64,000 bases of DNA from Gammaproteobacteria bacterium (GCA_963662545.2 CAXXLL010000003.1:2304001-2368000); one strand, 5' to 3'; shown: positions 22,949-33,430, counted from the stretch's first letter. A program made the numbers and translations. Notes: a model not told the origin generated them from the letters alone.

Positions 22949-24461
22949 GCATGCGCTCCCGTAAGTGATCGTAGCGATCGACATTGGCTTGCGGCTCTGC
23001 AGTCAAACTTAATCCAGCCGGCGTGTCGATAGGCGCCGGCGCGGTTGCTGCGAGCAACCGGTTTAGAATATTTATAACGTGCTGCTTCGATGGTGCGCCG
23101 GTTTCAAGCGCGAGTTCTACCGCACACAACACGGTCTGTTCGTCGTGGTGTAACACCAACGCCAGGATGTCGACCATCTCGCGGTCTCCTCCAGGACGTT
23201 TGAGCAGCATTGACTGGAGGCGTTTGAAGGCTGCTGGCAGTTCCGCAAATGGTGCACCGTTGCGCAATGCACCCGGTTTGCGTTGTAGCACCGCCAGATA
23301 ATGACGCCAGTCGTATAACACTTGCGCCACACGGTCATGGCCTTGCGCAAACAATCGAGGATGTTCAACGACTGGATGACCTTCGGCGGCAACGACGAGG
23401 CGGTCCGCGTAAACCCGTAAGCTCACAGCATGGTTCGCGAAAGCCGCGGGCACGCTGTAACGATTACGTTCGAACGCGATCAAACACGTTGGCGAGACGC
23501 GTTTGGTGTGTTCGATGAATCCATCAAACGGTGGTGGCATCCGCATCAGCGCCGGTCGTTCATCCGCCCAGACCTCAGCGATGGTCTGTGTCGGCTGCTC
23601 CGGATGGCGGACTTCGTGCCATAGAGTCTGACAACGCGCACTCAACCAGGTGTTGAGTTCGTCCAGGTCGGCAAACTTCGGCGCGTCGTGCCACAGTCGC
23701 GACCGTGAGTCTCTCACCCCTTTCTCGACCTGGCCCTTCTCCCAGCCGGCGGCGGGGTTACAAAATGTGGCCTCGAATAAGAAGTGACTGGCCATTGCTT
23801 GGAAACGCGCGTTGACCGCTCGGGCTTTGCCTCGGCCGACACGATCCACCGCCGTCTTCATGTTGTCGTAAATGCCGCGCTGCGGCACACCGCCGAGCAC
23901 CGCTAACCCGTGGTTGTGGGCGTCGAAGAGCATCTCGTGGGTCTGCAACGGGTAGGCCCTGAGGATGAACGCACGGCTATAAGACAGCTTGAAATGCGCG
24001 ACCATCAGCTTACGGCGCTCGCCACCGATCACTGCCCAATCTTCCGACCAATCAAACTGGAACGCTTCTCCTGGTGCAAACACCAGCGGGACAAACGCGG
24101 CGCGGCTCGCTTTTACTGCTTCTTGCTGCTGCGCCCGCCAAGCTCGTGCGAACGCGGCGACCCGGTCGTAGGAACCACGATACCCCAGGTGAACCAAGTC
24201 CCTGTAGAGCTGGCGTAAATTGCGCCGTTGTTTGCGACTCCGCCCTGATTCCCGCGTTAACCAAGACGACAGTACGTCCGCGTAGTCATCTATTTTGCTA
24301 GGCGTTTTGCGCGTCGGATACACCGGCTCAACCTCACCGTTGGCCAGATACTTGCGGATTGTGTTTCTGGATAGCTTCGTCCGTCGTGCTATCTCTCGGA
24401 TCGATAGGCCCTCGCGAAAGTGCCATCGCCTAATTACGCTTAATAAATCCACCGTTATCAC
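22938..24461 (-). CDS. istA: IS21 transposase IstA
   Basis: 507 aa, intact conserved motifs. Confidence 0.94.
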   Translation of the reverse strand: MITVDLLSVIRRWHFREGLSIREIARRTKLSRNTIRKYLANGEVEPVYPTRKTPSKIDDYADVLSSWLTRESGRSRKQRRNLRQLYRDLVHLGYRGSYDRVAAFARAWRAQQQEAVKASRAAFVPLVFAPGEAFQFDWSEDWAVIGGERRKLMVAHFKLSYSRAFILRAYPLQTHEMLFDAHNHGLAVLGGVPQRGIYDNMKTAVDRVGRGKARAVNARFQAMASHFLFEATFCNPAAGWEKGQVEKGVRDSRSRLWHDAPKFADLDELNTWLSARCQTLWHEVRHPEQPTQTIAEVWADERPALMRMPPPFDGFIEHTKRVSPTCLIAFERNRYSVPAAFANHAVSLRVYADRLVVAAEGHPVVEHPRLFAQGHDRVAQVLYDWRHYLAVLQRKPGALRNGAPFAELPAAFKRLQSMLLKRPGGDREMVDILALVLHHDEQTVLCAVELALETGAPSKQHVINILNRLLAATAPAPIDTPAGLSLTAEPQANVDRYDHLRERMHAS

Positions 24462-24776
24462 TCCTTTTGTCTCCTGCTCGATTCCGAGCAGGATAGGGTC
24501 TATGGGTGGATCAAAATTAGATGCAAATACCTACCTCAAGTGGATCACTTTTAAGTGCAAATCAACATAGATGCCCACGACAGCGAGTCAAGACCGCATG
24601 GCATCCTCTCTGCATGCTGCAATGCATTGTGAATGCGCAGTAAGGTATTGCAACGTCCCGTATCACCCACGAATGACTTGAATTGAACATCGAAGTTGAG
24701 CACGTCGTGGAATAGCTGGTGCGCAGAGCCAGGGCAGTCGAAACCCTACTCCGTGCCGGCCAAATTGGAGACCGCC

Positions 24777-25946
24777 ATGAGCGAATACGATCCTCTTCCG
24801 CCTGGGCCTGACGGCCAATACATAGCCCATCCCAAAGCGATGGGGCAATTGGCTAACCGCCTCAAGGCATCACCCGAGGAATTGGCCGTATGGGTATTTA
24901 TGGGACCGGAACTTGGCGGTCTTCGTGCCTACCTCAATGCCAATGAGCTCGATCCGCCGCCCGAGTTTTGTTTTGATCCGTACCTGGGAGACGACCCATA
25001 TTGCCTAGATTACCTGTCACCCTTGGTGGCGTGCTGGTTTCGGCAACAGGACATCCTGAATTTCAGTCCTACCAGGCGGTTCATCGCAGGCCGAGCGCTC
25101 ATGGACCGCTGGCGCCCGCATTTGGGCATGCAAGTCGAGGCGTTCATACGTGCCAAAATTGAGGAGGACCGCCTTCTAGACATTCATCCGATTTCTGGCT
25201 TGACGCAAGGAAGTATGTCCGGCGACAAGTGGTATCCGCCCATCTCGAGCGGCTTATTTGAGCTGTCTAAAATTGAAGCCATCGAAAAGGAGGATTTTAA
25301 CCTCGCGGAGAGTGGTACATCAGAGACGACTGCAAACGGGCAAGCGGGATGTGGTATCGCCCCGGACGCAAACCTGGGAGGAGCAACTGATCCTTGCGCC
25401 GAATTCCGCGCGATGGAACATCTCGAGCCTAGCGATGTCACCATCGCATTTGTCGGCGATCGAAATGATGACGGGCTGGGGGCAAATAACATGCTCGAGA
25501 TTTCTGCGCGCGGCATCAAAAAACGCGTTTCTCTCGCGGAACTTGATCTCATCAATAGACGAACTGGCCGGTTGAATTGCCAAGGCGGCATCCTTTGGGG
25601 CTTGGCGAAAAAACACATGCTGCCGCGGAGTGATAAGAATGTGAAAAGGATGTCCCGGTTGCGGTCGTCGCTGCGCTATTGCCTCGGTCTGCGTGGAGAT
25701 CCGTTTGAGGACTACAAGCTCGGAGGCAGTTGGCAGCCTAGGTTCCAGATCGATGACAGGCGAGGTGCGGCGGATGAACGCGCCAGGAGAGCGGCTGAAA
25801 AACGCACGGAATCCTTTGAGCAAGCCATTGAGCGCGGCGACCAATTCACAGACTCGGACGACTCGATGAGGTCTGTCGACCATGAGGGGGACGACGCTGC
25901 TGTGTGGCTGGATAAGCGTGATTCTGGATTGGCCGGCAGTGCGTGA
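24777..25946 (+). CDS. Island hypothetical protein upstream of alpA, possible C-terminal winged helix (ORF open from 24696)
   Basis: GGAG RBS before the ATG at 24777; long ORF; KRMSRLRSSLR..LG...DPF tail. Confidence 0.7.
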   Translation: MSEYDPLPPGPDGQYIAHPKAMGQLANRLKASPEELAVWVFMGPELGGLRAYLNANELDPPPEFCFDPYLGDDPYCLDYLSPLVACWFRQQDILNFSPTRRFIAGRALMDRWRPHLGMQVEAFIRAKIEEDRLLDIHPISGLTQGSMSGDKWYPPISSGLFELSKIEAIEKEDFNLAESGTSETTANGQAGCGIAPDANLGGATDPCAEFRAMEHLEPSDVTIAFVGDRNDDGLGANNMLEISARGIKKRVSLAELDLINRRTGRLNCQGGILWGLAKKHMLPRSDKNVKRMSRLRSSLRYCLGLRGDPFEDYKLGGSWQPRFQIDDRRGAADERARRAAEKRTESFEQAIERGDQFTDSDDSMRSVDHEGDDAAVWLDKRDSGLAGSA

Positions 25947-26053
25947 CAAGTCATCGTGACAACATGACAAGTCAGCGACTTGTCATGACAAACGCAACCT
26001 CCCTCATTCCCCTGTTTTTCAGTCACTTAGGTGGAGTCGTGTGACATGTCACG
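25942..26053. promoter_or_regulatory. Cluster of direct and inverted TGACA motifs upstream of alpA
   Basis: GTGACAAGTC, GTGACA, ATGACAAGTC-AGC-GACTTGTCAT, GTGACATGTCAC. Confidence 0.6.
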
Positions 26054-26100
26054 TGTAATGTTATGCAGCATGGTGCTGTGCGATGCCAGGAGGTTTGCGC

Positions 26101-26343
26101 ATGACTTACACGATTCTTCGCTTGAGGGAAGTTCTCAGACGACGCGGTAGATCGAGAAGTGCGCATTACATGGATGTGGGCGCGCGCTTGTTTACGAAAC
26201 CGGTAGCGATCGGCGCCCGTGCGGTTGGCTGGCCCGAACGCGAAGTCGATACGCTCAATGCGGCTCGTATCGCCGGTAAATCAGACGATGAGATCCGGGC
26301 GCTCGTCGTACAACTCGAGGCTGCGCGCAGGGCCGCGGCGTAA
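26101..26343 (+). CDS. alpA: AlpA-family regulator/excisionase
   Basis: ILRLREV...SRSAHY...FTKPVAIGARAVGWPEREV. Confidence 0.9.
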   Translation: MTYTILRLREVLRRRGRSRSAHYMDVGARLFTKPVAIGARAVGWPEREVDTLNAARIAGKSDDEIRALVVQLEAARRAAA

Positions 26344-26355
26344 GAGTTTCCCGCC

Positions 26356-29031
26356 ATGCGTTCGATTCTGACATCTCTGCCGGACGACGGCGGTGAAACC
26401 GAAACCGGTCTCGTTCATAACGGAGATTTTCTCGCGGCGGTATTTCGCCACGAGCTGGGCGATGCGCGGCCGCTGCTCGTCAGTTTCGAGGGTGACCCGG
26501 AGAACGTTCCCAGCACGGCATGGTCCGGGCGACCGTGGACGGGCACCCGTGACGACGCGATCAACTGCGCGGCTGGCGCGAATAATTACTTTACCTTGGC
26601 GACTTTCAGACCCGATGACACGGGGCGGTATCGCCCACAGAAGTCGCGCTTTCACGCGCTGTATGCAGTGATGCTCGACGACGTGGGCACAAAAGTCGTG
26701 ACGGAACCGCCGCCCCTTCAACCATCTTGGCTGTTGGAAACGTCGCCCGGTAACCATCAAGCAGGCTATCTCCTGAGCGAGCCGTTAAGCAACGGAGCGG
26801 CGGTCGACCGGCTGATGAATGCGATCATCGATGCCGGATTGTGTGGCCCCGGTGCGAATGGTCCGCGCTCGCGATTGGCTTGGCTGCCCTGCGCGAGCAA
26901 TGGAAAGCATGCGCCGCCGTTCCCTTGCCGCCTGATCGAATGGTTGCCCGGCTTGCGCTACTCGATCGATGAATTGGTCGATGGTTTGGAACTCGAGACC
27001 TCGCGCGCAAGGCGGCCCAGGGGTCGAGGATCCCGGCCGGCCCGACAGCGTCCGACTGACGGGGATCCTGTCTGTATAGCGCACCCCGAGGAGAATGCGC
27101 TGCTCGCCGCACTGCGCGACCGTGGCGCCCATTTCGTTCTCGCCCGGTCCGACAAGCGACCAATCACGCGCGGCTGGCTGAACTCGGCGCCAAGCTACGA
27201 GGCCGTATTGTCTCACGTTCGCAAAGGCGGACTCCTTGGAGTTGTCGCGTCGTCTCTCGGATGCGTTGTGGTGGACCTCGACAAAGGCCACCCCAGCACC
27301 GTGATAAACGTACTCGGCTCTCCCCTCTGCATCGTCGAGACACCTCGAGGTCATCATCTTTGGTATCGGGCCCCGAGTGGTGAGATTGGTAACCGGATAT
27401 GGGCGCTTGACGGCGCACACGGAGACATCCGTGGCTCGAAGGGTTCAATCATCCTTTGGAACGTCGCGGTCGTGGCCGCCGGATTGAGTCGCGTCGACGA
27501 TGCGGTCCCGGTGGAGTTGTCGAAGATTCCGAGGACACCATCGAAGCGGAAGCAACGCGGGCCCGATGCGGTTCGGGCGGCGAAGCCGGGCGATCGCAAC
27601 GGGACTTTGAATCGCGAGGTGTTCACGGCGGCAAAGGCTCGCAATCTCGACCGTGAAGCCTTCCAAGAGGCCGGTGTAGAAGCCGGGCTCCCTCTGTCGG
27701 AGGTGGTCGCCACTATCGCGAGTGCGGAACAGGCGGGCACCAATGCCGCGAGTTCCAGGCTTGACATCAACCAGCTCGGCGCGATTATCCGGGAGGAAGA
27801 CACCGGACGATGGGCATACACGGCCGGCCGCGGTTGGTACCGCCGCAGCGAAGGTGGATTGTGGCGACGGGACCCGCAAGCGCTAGCGCTACGCAGACGC
27901 TTCCAAGAGTTGATCGATATCGGCATCGCGCAGCGCGGGACTCGTGCTCGGCTCGCGGTCGAAACGGTGGAGCCGGCCTTTGCTGTCGATCCCGAGCGTT
28001 GGGATGCCGAGCCGCACTTGGTCGGCCTGCCGAGCGGGTGGGTATTCGACTTGCGGACCGGACAGGTGGTCGATGGCGGCGATGCTTTCATCACACGGCG
28101 GCTCGGCGTGGTTCCCGAGCGCGGCGAGCCGACCGCATGGCTGAGCTTTCTCGACGAGACCTTCTCATTGACGGGCGAGGCCGACCGGGTGGTCGCGTGG
28201 CTGCGGTGGTGGCTACGACGTTCGCTATCCGGCGATTGCCGTGATGAGTCGCTGGTATTCCTGTTTGGGCCGCGTGGCACGGGAAAATCGACCATTGCCG
28301 AGACGTGGCAACACGTGGTCGGTGAGTACGGCGCGACCGTGCCGGGCGAACGACTGACGAGTGACCGCGGCACTCACCGTCAATGGATCGCGAATCTGGC
28401 GGGCGTGCGGCACGTGTTCGTGAACGAGCTACCGGAACGCGGTCGATGGCAGACTCCGGATCTGAACGCGCTGGTGAGTGGGGAATCGATCACTGCGAAT
28501 TTCATGCGTCAAGGTGACTTCACGTTCCGCTCGCAGGCGCACGTGATCGTCGTGGGCAACCATCGGCCGCGGGTGTCGGCGCAGTCGGGGTTCTGGCGGC
28601 GGCTGCGATTGGTCGAGTGCCGACACGTTCCACGCGTACCGGACGACGGCTTGCAGGAGAGGCTTCGCGGTGAGGCCGGACGCATTCTGCAATGGGTGCT
28701 CGACGGTCCGGAAGCGCAACCGATAAAGCCAGTCGGCATGGACGCGAATGCGCGGACGTACATGGAAGAGGTCGATCATTTGGCGGCCTGGCTCAATGAG
28801 TGCGTGGAGCTCGACGGGAATGCTTTCGAAACTGCCGAGGCGCTTCGATCAAGTTATGAGGCATGGTCCAACCGCGAGGGTATCGACCCGCTAATGAGGC
28901 CGCGAACGCTGGGGATGAAGCTCACCGAACGGTTCGGCGCGGGATTCGACAAGAAGGTGTCTGGCAGGACCGTGAAGTGTCGCGCAGGTGTGAGGCTGCG
29001 AAAGGTTGCGGTTGCGGATGGTCGCGGATAA
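26356..29031 (+). CDS. Primase-helicase fusion (RepB-type primase + Prim-Pol + D5/SF3 helicase)
   Basis: VMLDDVG/ETSPGNHQ; VVVDLD/ETPRGHH/DIRG; GPRGTGKST, FVNE, VVGNHRP, GFWRRL. Confidence 0.88.
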   Translation: MRSILTSLPDDGGETETGLVHNGDFLAAVFRHELGDARPLLVSFEGDPENVPSTAWSGRPWTGTRDDAINCAAGANNYFTLATFRPDDTGRYRPQKSRFHALYAVMLDDVGTKVVTEPPPLQPSWLLETSPGNHQAGYLLSEPLSNGAAVDRLMNAIIDAGLCGPGANGPRSRLAWLPCASNGKHAPPFPCRLIEWLPGLRYSIDELVDGLELETSRARRPRGRGSRPARQRPTDGDPVCIAHPEENALLAALRDRGAHFVLARSDKRPITRGWLNSAPSYEAVLSHVRKGGLLGVVASSLGCVVVDLDKGHPSTVINVLGSPLCIVETPRGHHLWYRAPSGEIGNRIWALDGAHGDIRGSKGSIILWNVAVVAAGLSRVDDAVPVELSKIPRTPSKRKQRGPDAVRAAKPGDRNGTLNREVFTAAKARNLDREAFQEAGVEAGLPLSEVVATIASAEQAGTNAASSRLDINQLGAIIREEDTGRWAYTAGRGWYRRSEGGLWRRDPQALALRRRFQELIDIGIAQRGTRARLAVETVEPAFAVDPERWDAEPHLVGLPSGWVFDLRTGQVVDGGDAFITRRLGVVPERGEPTAWLSFLDETFSLTGEADRVVAWLRWWLRRSLSGDCRDESLVFLFGPRGTGKSTIAETWQHVVGEYGATVPGERLTSDRGTHRQWIANLAGVRHVFVNELPERGRWQTPDLNALVSGESITANFMRQGDFTFRSQAHVIVVGNHRPRVSAQSGFWRRLRLVECRHVPRVPDDGLQERLRGEAGRILQWVLDGPEAQPIKPVGMDANARTYMEEVDHLAAWLNECVELDGNAFETAEALRSSYEAWSNREGIDPLMRPRTLGMKLTERFGAGFDKKVSGRTVKCRAGVRLRKVAVADGRG

Positions 29032-29106
29032 TCGGTGTTCGTTACGCGCGCGTGTGAGAGGGTATATGGGATTTTGCGCAATCATCCGCAACCGCAACCG
29101 CAACCG
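29004..29106. repeat. Inverted GCAACC iterons, putative replication origin
   Basis: GGTTGCGGTTGCGGATG (29004-29020) and CATCCGCAACCGCAACC (29083-29099) form a perfect 17-bp IR. Confidence 0.65.
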
Positions 29107-30454
29107 GGAAACGGCGGCGATATCATGGCTCCGGGATCCTGCCGCGGTGTCATGCGGGGGTGCGGGCACCTCAGTCACCAATTCCATCAACTCGGTTATC
29201 GCGACGGCCGTAGGCGGCCGCAGCACACGGACGCCTTCTCCATTCGGTCCTCTAGGCATAGTCGCAAGTCTTGTCCGTCATCAGGATAAATGGGCAGCAG
29301 ATACGGTAATCTAACGGAGGCTTTGGCTCATCGTGGTTTTCGCACTAACGCGTGCCGAGGGGCGCGACGACCGTGGCGACCTATGCGCGGATGATGTGCT
29401 GGGAAAGCGACGCTTGGTTATGCTGAGATGGCGCCGCGTCTGATTCCGCAGGCCAGAAGGAACGCGGTGACGCTCCTCTCTGCTCCCCCCACTTGCCAGA
29501 GAAACGCTTACACCGCTTGGTGATTGCGCTTGGCCGTTGATGGGCTTTGACATGGGGCGAACCCGCACGCGATCTCGCCCCGCACGTCTACCATGTGCGC
29601 ACCGCCCTGCGAAACGATCGGTATTCTGGCTTGAACTGGCTGACGCGATGCCCGTTCTGCCCCGATGGGTGCGGGAAGCCTCAGAGGATAGGTGACCGGT
29701 CGAAGCCCAGATGGGGTGAGCACATCTTCCACGGTGCGACAGAGAGGGACGATCAGGCTGTTAGGCAGCTGTTCCAACTCCGACGGTAGGTTGGCATCGG
29801 CGATCTTGGATAACAGCCGCGAATTCGCCACTTTCGATGAACCGCTGTAGTTCTGCCGGTCCTTCAAGATGGGGTAACACAGTGCGGACGAGGAGTGGAG
29901 CTGGCTCGATGCGTCACCGAACAGCGCGGCCGTACTGGCTAGACTCAGACGTGTGGCCACTCCGATCTTAACGAGCCTGTCAATCAGATTCCTGCGCATC
30001 GGTCCCGCGAACGCCATCCGCCTAGTCAGCTATCGCGGGTTTGTTTTAGGGCTGCCCGCGCGAGGCGCCGACAGATTGACAAGTGGACCCCTACCGTTGT
30101 GCCTCTGTGCCATTTTGAATCGGAACACCCCCCATCGATGCAAAAATCAGGGTCCCATTAATGCGTACTCCATAACTTCCGGGCGCCACATGGGCGGGCT
30201 CGTGTAACTATCCCCGGTTCGGGCACTCGATAGACGGTCCAGTCGAACATCAGCATATCTTCGTGCTTCTCGGCATCGGACACCTTGGCTGTGTTGACGT
30301 CGTCGTCCAGGCTCACGCCATTGATGAAGTCTGAGCCTGCGCGGCACACGAGCTACCTACGTACCACAAGGAAGGACCCAACATGAGGCTGAAAGCGGCG
30401 CTCAATCAACCCTCGGTAACGAAGATGGTGGTTTGGGCGTCACGAGAGCAGCTT

Positions 30455-30524
30455 CATGGCTGGTGGTGTCGGTTTCATCGGTTTTGCCGGTTACGAACGG
30501 GGCGGTCGCCGAAAGTGTCACGGC
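30455..30524 (-). repeat. ~70-bp inverted repeat, right copy (partner 1759-1828)
   Basis: See left copy. Confidence 0.85.
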
Positions 30525-31117
30525 AAAAAGCCATCAGTAACAGGCTTGCCGACCAGACGAACCAGCTGCTGGCAAGCAGTTGAGCACAGCACCCGTGACC
30601 TCGACCCGGTGTCCATAAAGCGGTTTTACCACTGGCTTGCTAGGCAACCTGGGTATCAGTCGCCATTGTGATATTGCATAGACTGACTCCTCCGATTGGT
30701 CGGAGTCGGATGTGCGCGTGGCGACGGCGAAGCCTGAGCAGTTTGCCTGGCCTTGGATTGGGTGACGTCCCACATCACCACAGCATCTGCGGATGGGGTT
30801 ATCGAGCGCCGCGCTCGCGCTATAGCTTCGATGAAGCTGCAGCCTATTGATCTCATCTGTGGCTGTGCCAATCACGATACGTGGGCTAGGGTGCGTATTC
30901 CAGCCCATGCCGATCACCGATTCCGGCGCAAGCCGATCACCCATTCCAGCTGATGCCGATCACTGATTCCAGCGCATGCCGATCATCGATTCCGGCTCAT
31001 CGCGATCACTTTCGGGCGATTGCCGGGATCGGTTTCGAGCACTGAAGGAGCGTTGACGACCGCAGGATAACAACTGGCCCATGGCACCCTGGACGTTTTG
31101 CCGTCCGGGGGAATTCC

Positions 31118-32659
31118 ATGGCCACGACGAGGTTATCCATGCGCAAAATACGCGATATTGTGCGGCTGCATCATGCCGCCGCACTCAGTAACCGGGCGAT
31201 AGCCCGCGCCATCAAGGCGTCGGCCTCGACGGTCAGTGATTGCCTGAGTCGGGCGCGTGCCGCGAACATCGCTTGGCCGTTGCCCGAGAGCATGAGCGAC
31301 ACCGCCCTGGAGCAGGCGCTGTACGGCTCAAGCGCCAACCCGCCCAGTGGCCCACGACCGTTGCCGGACTTCGCCGATATTCATCGCGAACTGCGGCGCA
31401 AAAGCGTGACCCTGATGCTGCTGTGGATGGAGTACAAGGCCGCCCATCCCGACGGCCTCATGTATTCCGCCTTCTGCGAGCGTTATCGTGCCTGGCGAGA
31501 CCATCTCGATGTCGTGATGCGCCAGACGCATCTGGCCGGCGACAAACTGTTCGTCGACGATGCCGGGCAGACGATGCCGGTGATTGACCGCATGACCGGT
31601 GAGGTGCGCCAGGCCGAGATCTTTGTCGCCGTGCTGGGCGCCTCGAACTATACGTATGCGGAGGCGACGTGGACGCAAAGTCGGCCGGATTGGATCGGCG
31701 CCCACACCCGCGCATTCAGCTTCTTTGGCGGTGTGCCCAACATCGTGGTGCCGGATAACCTCAAAAGCGGTGTCACGCTCGCGCATCGCTACGAGCCCGA
31801 CTTGAATCCCACCTACCAGGACATGGCCACCCATTATGGCGTCGCTGTCGTGCCAACCCGGGCGCGCAAACCACGCGATAAAGCCAAAGTCGAAGTCGGT
31901 GTCCAGATCGTCGAACGCACTCTCCTCGCGGCGCTGCGTCATCGGCAGTTCTTCTCGCTGGCCGAGTTCAATGCCGCCATCGCTGAACTGCTCATCCGGC
32001 TCAACCTTCGACCCTTCAAGAAACTACCCGGTTCTCGCCAGAGCCAGTTCGAGGCCATCGACCGACCCGCGCTGAAACCGCTACCGAGTACCCCCTATGA
32101 ATACGCCGAGTGGAAGCAGGCACGCGTGCATATCGACTATCACATCGAGGTCGAGCGCCATTACTACTCCGTGCCGCATCATCTCGTGAAACGACAACTC
32201 GATGTTCGTGTGACGGCATCCACCATCGAGTGCTTCCATCAGGGCCAACGCGTGGCCTGTCATCGCCGTGTCAATCAACCCGGGCGGCATACCACCATCA
32301 CCGCGCATATGCCCGAGCAGCATCGGCACTTGGCCCAGTTCTCACCCGAGCGATTACAGCGTTGGGCCGCGAAGATAGGCCCCGAGACCGCCGCCCTCAT
32401 CACCCAAGTCTTAGCTGAACGACCCCACCCGGAGCAGGGTTACCGTGCCTGCCTCGGGATCTTGCGGCTGGCCAAAAGCTACGGCGATAAACGACTGAAT
32501 GCGGCCTGTGCCCGCGCGCTCATCCTCGGCACCCATCGTTACAAAAGTATCGAGTCCATCCTCAAAAAAGGACTCGACCAGCAACCCCTGAATCCACCGA
32601 CGGAATCCACGCTGCCCGCCGACCACGGCAATCTCCGTGGACCCGGCTACTATCATTAA
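31118..32659 (+). CDS. istA: IS21 transposase IstA
   Basis: Same protein as 12392-13933. Confidence 0.93.
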   Translation: MATTRLSMRKIRDIVRLHHAAALSNRAIARAIKASASTVSDCLSRARAANIAWPLPESMSDTALEQALYGSSANPPSGPRPLPDFADIHRELRRKSVTLMLLWMEYKAAHPDGLMYSAFCERYRAWRDHLDVVMRQTHLAGDKLFVDDAGQTMPVIDRMTGEVRQAEIFVAVLGASNYTYAEATWTQSRPDWIGAHTRAFSFFGGVPNIVVPDNLKSGVTLAHRYEPDLNPTYQDMATHYGVAVVPTRARKPRDKAKVEVGVQIVERTLLAALRHRQFFSLAEFNAAIAELLIRLNLRPFKKLPGSRQSQFEAIDRPALKPLPSTPYEYAEWKQARVHIDYHIEVERHYYSVPHHLVKRQLDVRVTASTIECFHQGQRVACHRRVNQPGRHTTITAHMPEQHRHLAQFSPERLQRWAAKIGPETAALITQVLAERPHPEQGYRACLGILRLAKSYGDKRLNAACARALILGTHRYKSIESILKKGLDQQPLNPPTESTLPADHGNLRGPGYYH

Positions 32660-32671
32660 GGAGAAACATCG

Positions 32672-33430
32672 ATGCTGAATCATCCGACCCTCGACCAACT
32701 GCAAAGCATGAAGCTCACCGGCATGGCCCAGGCCTTCGAAGAGCAGCTGCAACGCACCGACCTCAACGACTTATCCTTCGACGACCGGCTCGCCTTCCTC
32801 GTCGAACGTGAGCACGCTGTACGCTCGAACCGGCAACTCACCTATCGACTCCGCCGCGCCCAGCTCAAGCTCAACGCCACCGTGGAGGACATCGATCATC
32901 GCGCACCCCGCGGCCTCGATAAATCCACCCTCAATGAACTTGCCCGCTGCCGCTTCATCAACGACCATCTCAACGTCCTCATCACCGGACCCACCGGCGT
33001 CGGCAAAACCTATCTCGCCTGCGCCATTGCTCATAGCGCTTGTCGTAACGGCTTCTCGGCACGCTATCTCCGTGTCCCGCGATTGCTCACCAACATCACC
33101 CTCGCACGCGGCGACGGCACCTAGCACAAGCTCCTCGCGCAGCTTGCCAAGACTGACCTCGTCATCCTCGATGACTGGGGACTCGCGATACTCAATGCTG
33201 AACAACGGCGGGACCTGCTCGACATCCTCGACGACCGGCACGCGTTGCACTCGACCATCGTGACATCGCAATTACCCGTCAAACAATGGCACGAGGTCAT
33301 CGGCGATCCCACGCTCGCCGATGCCATCCTCGACCGGCTCGTGCACAACGCCTACACGATCAATTTAAAAGGAGAATCCATGCGGAAAAAACAAGCGAAC
33401 TTGACTCAGCCCGATCACTCGGCACAATAA
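32672..33430 (+). pseudogene. istB: IstB with in-frame amber stop
   Basis: TAG at 33122-33124, as in copy E. Confidence 0.88.

Larger units (their letters stand above)
22105..24567 (-). mobile_element. IS21-family element C (diverged relative of A/B)
   Basis: Same terminal repeats as A/B, many synonymous differences. Confidence 0.95.

Noticed and set aside
29100-30450. Possible defence or packaging genes downstream of the primase
   Set aside because: Only short, overlapping ORFs without recognisable motifs; probably decayed sequence.
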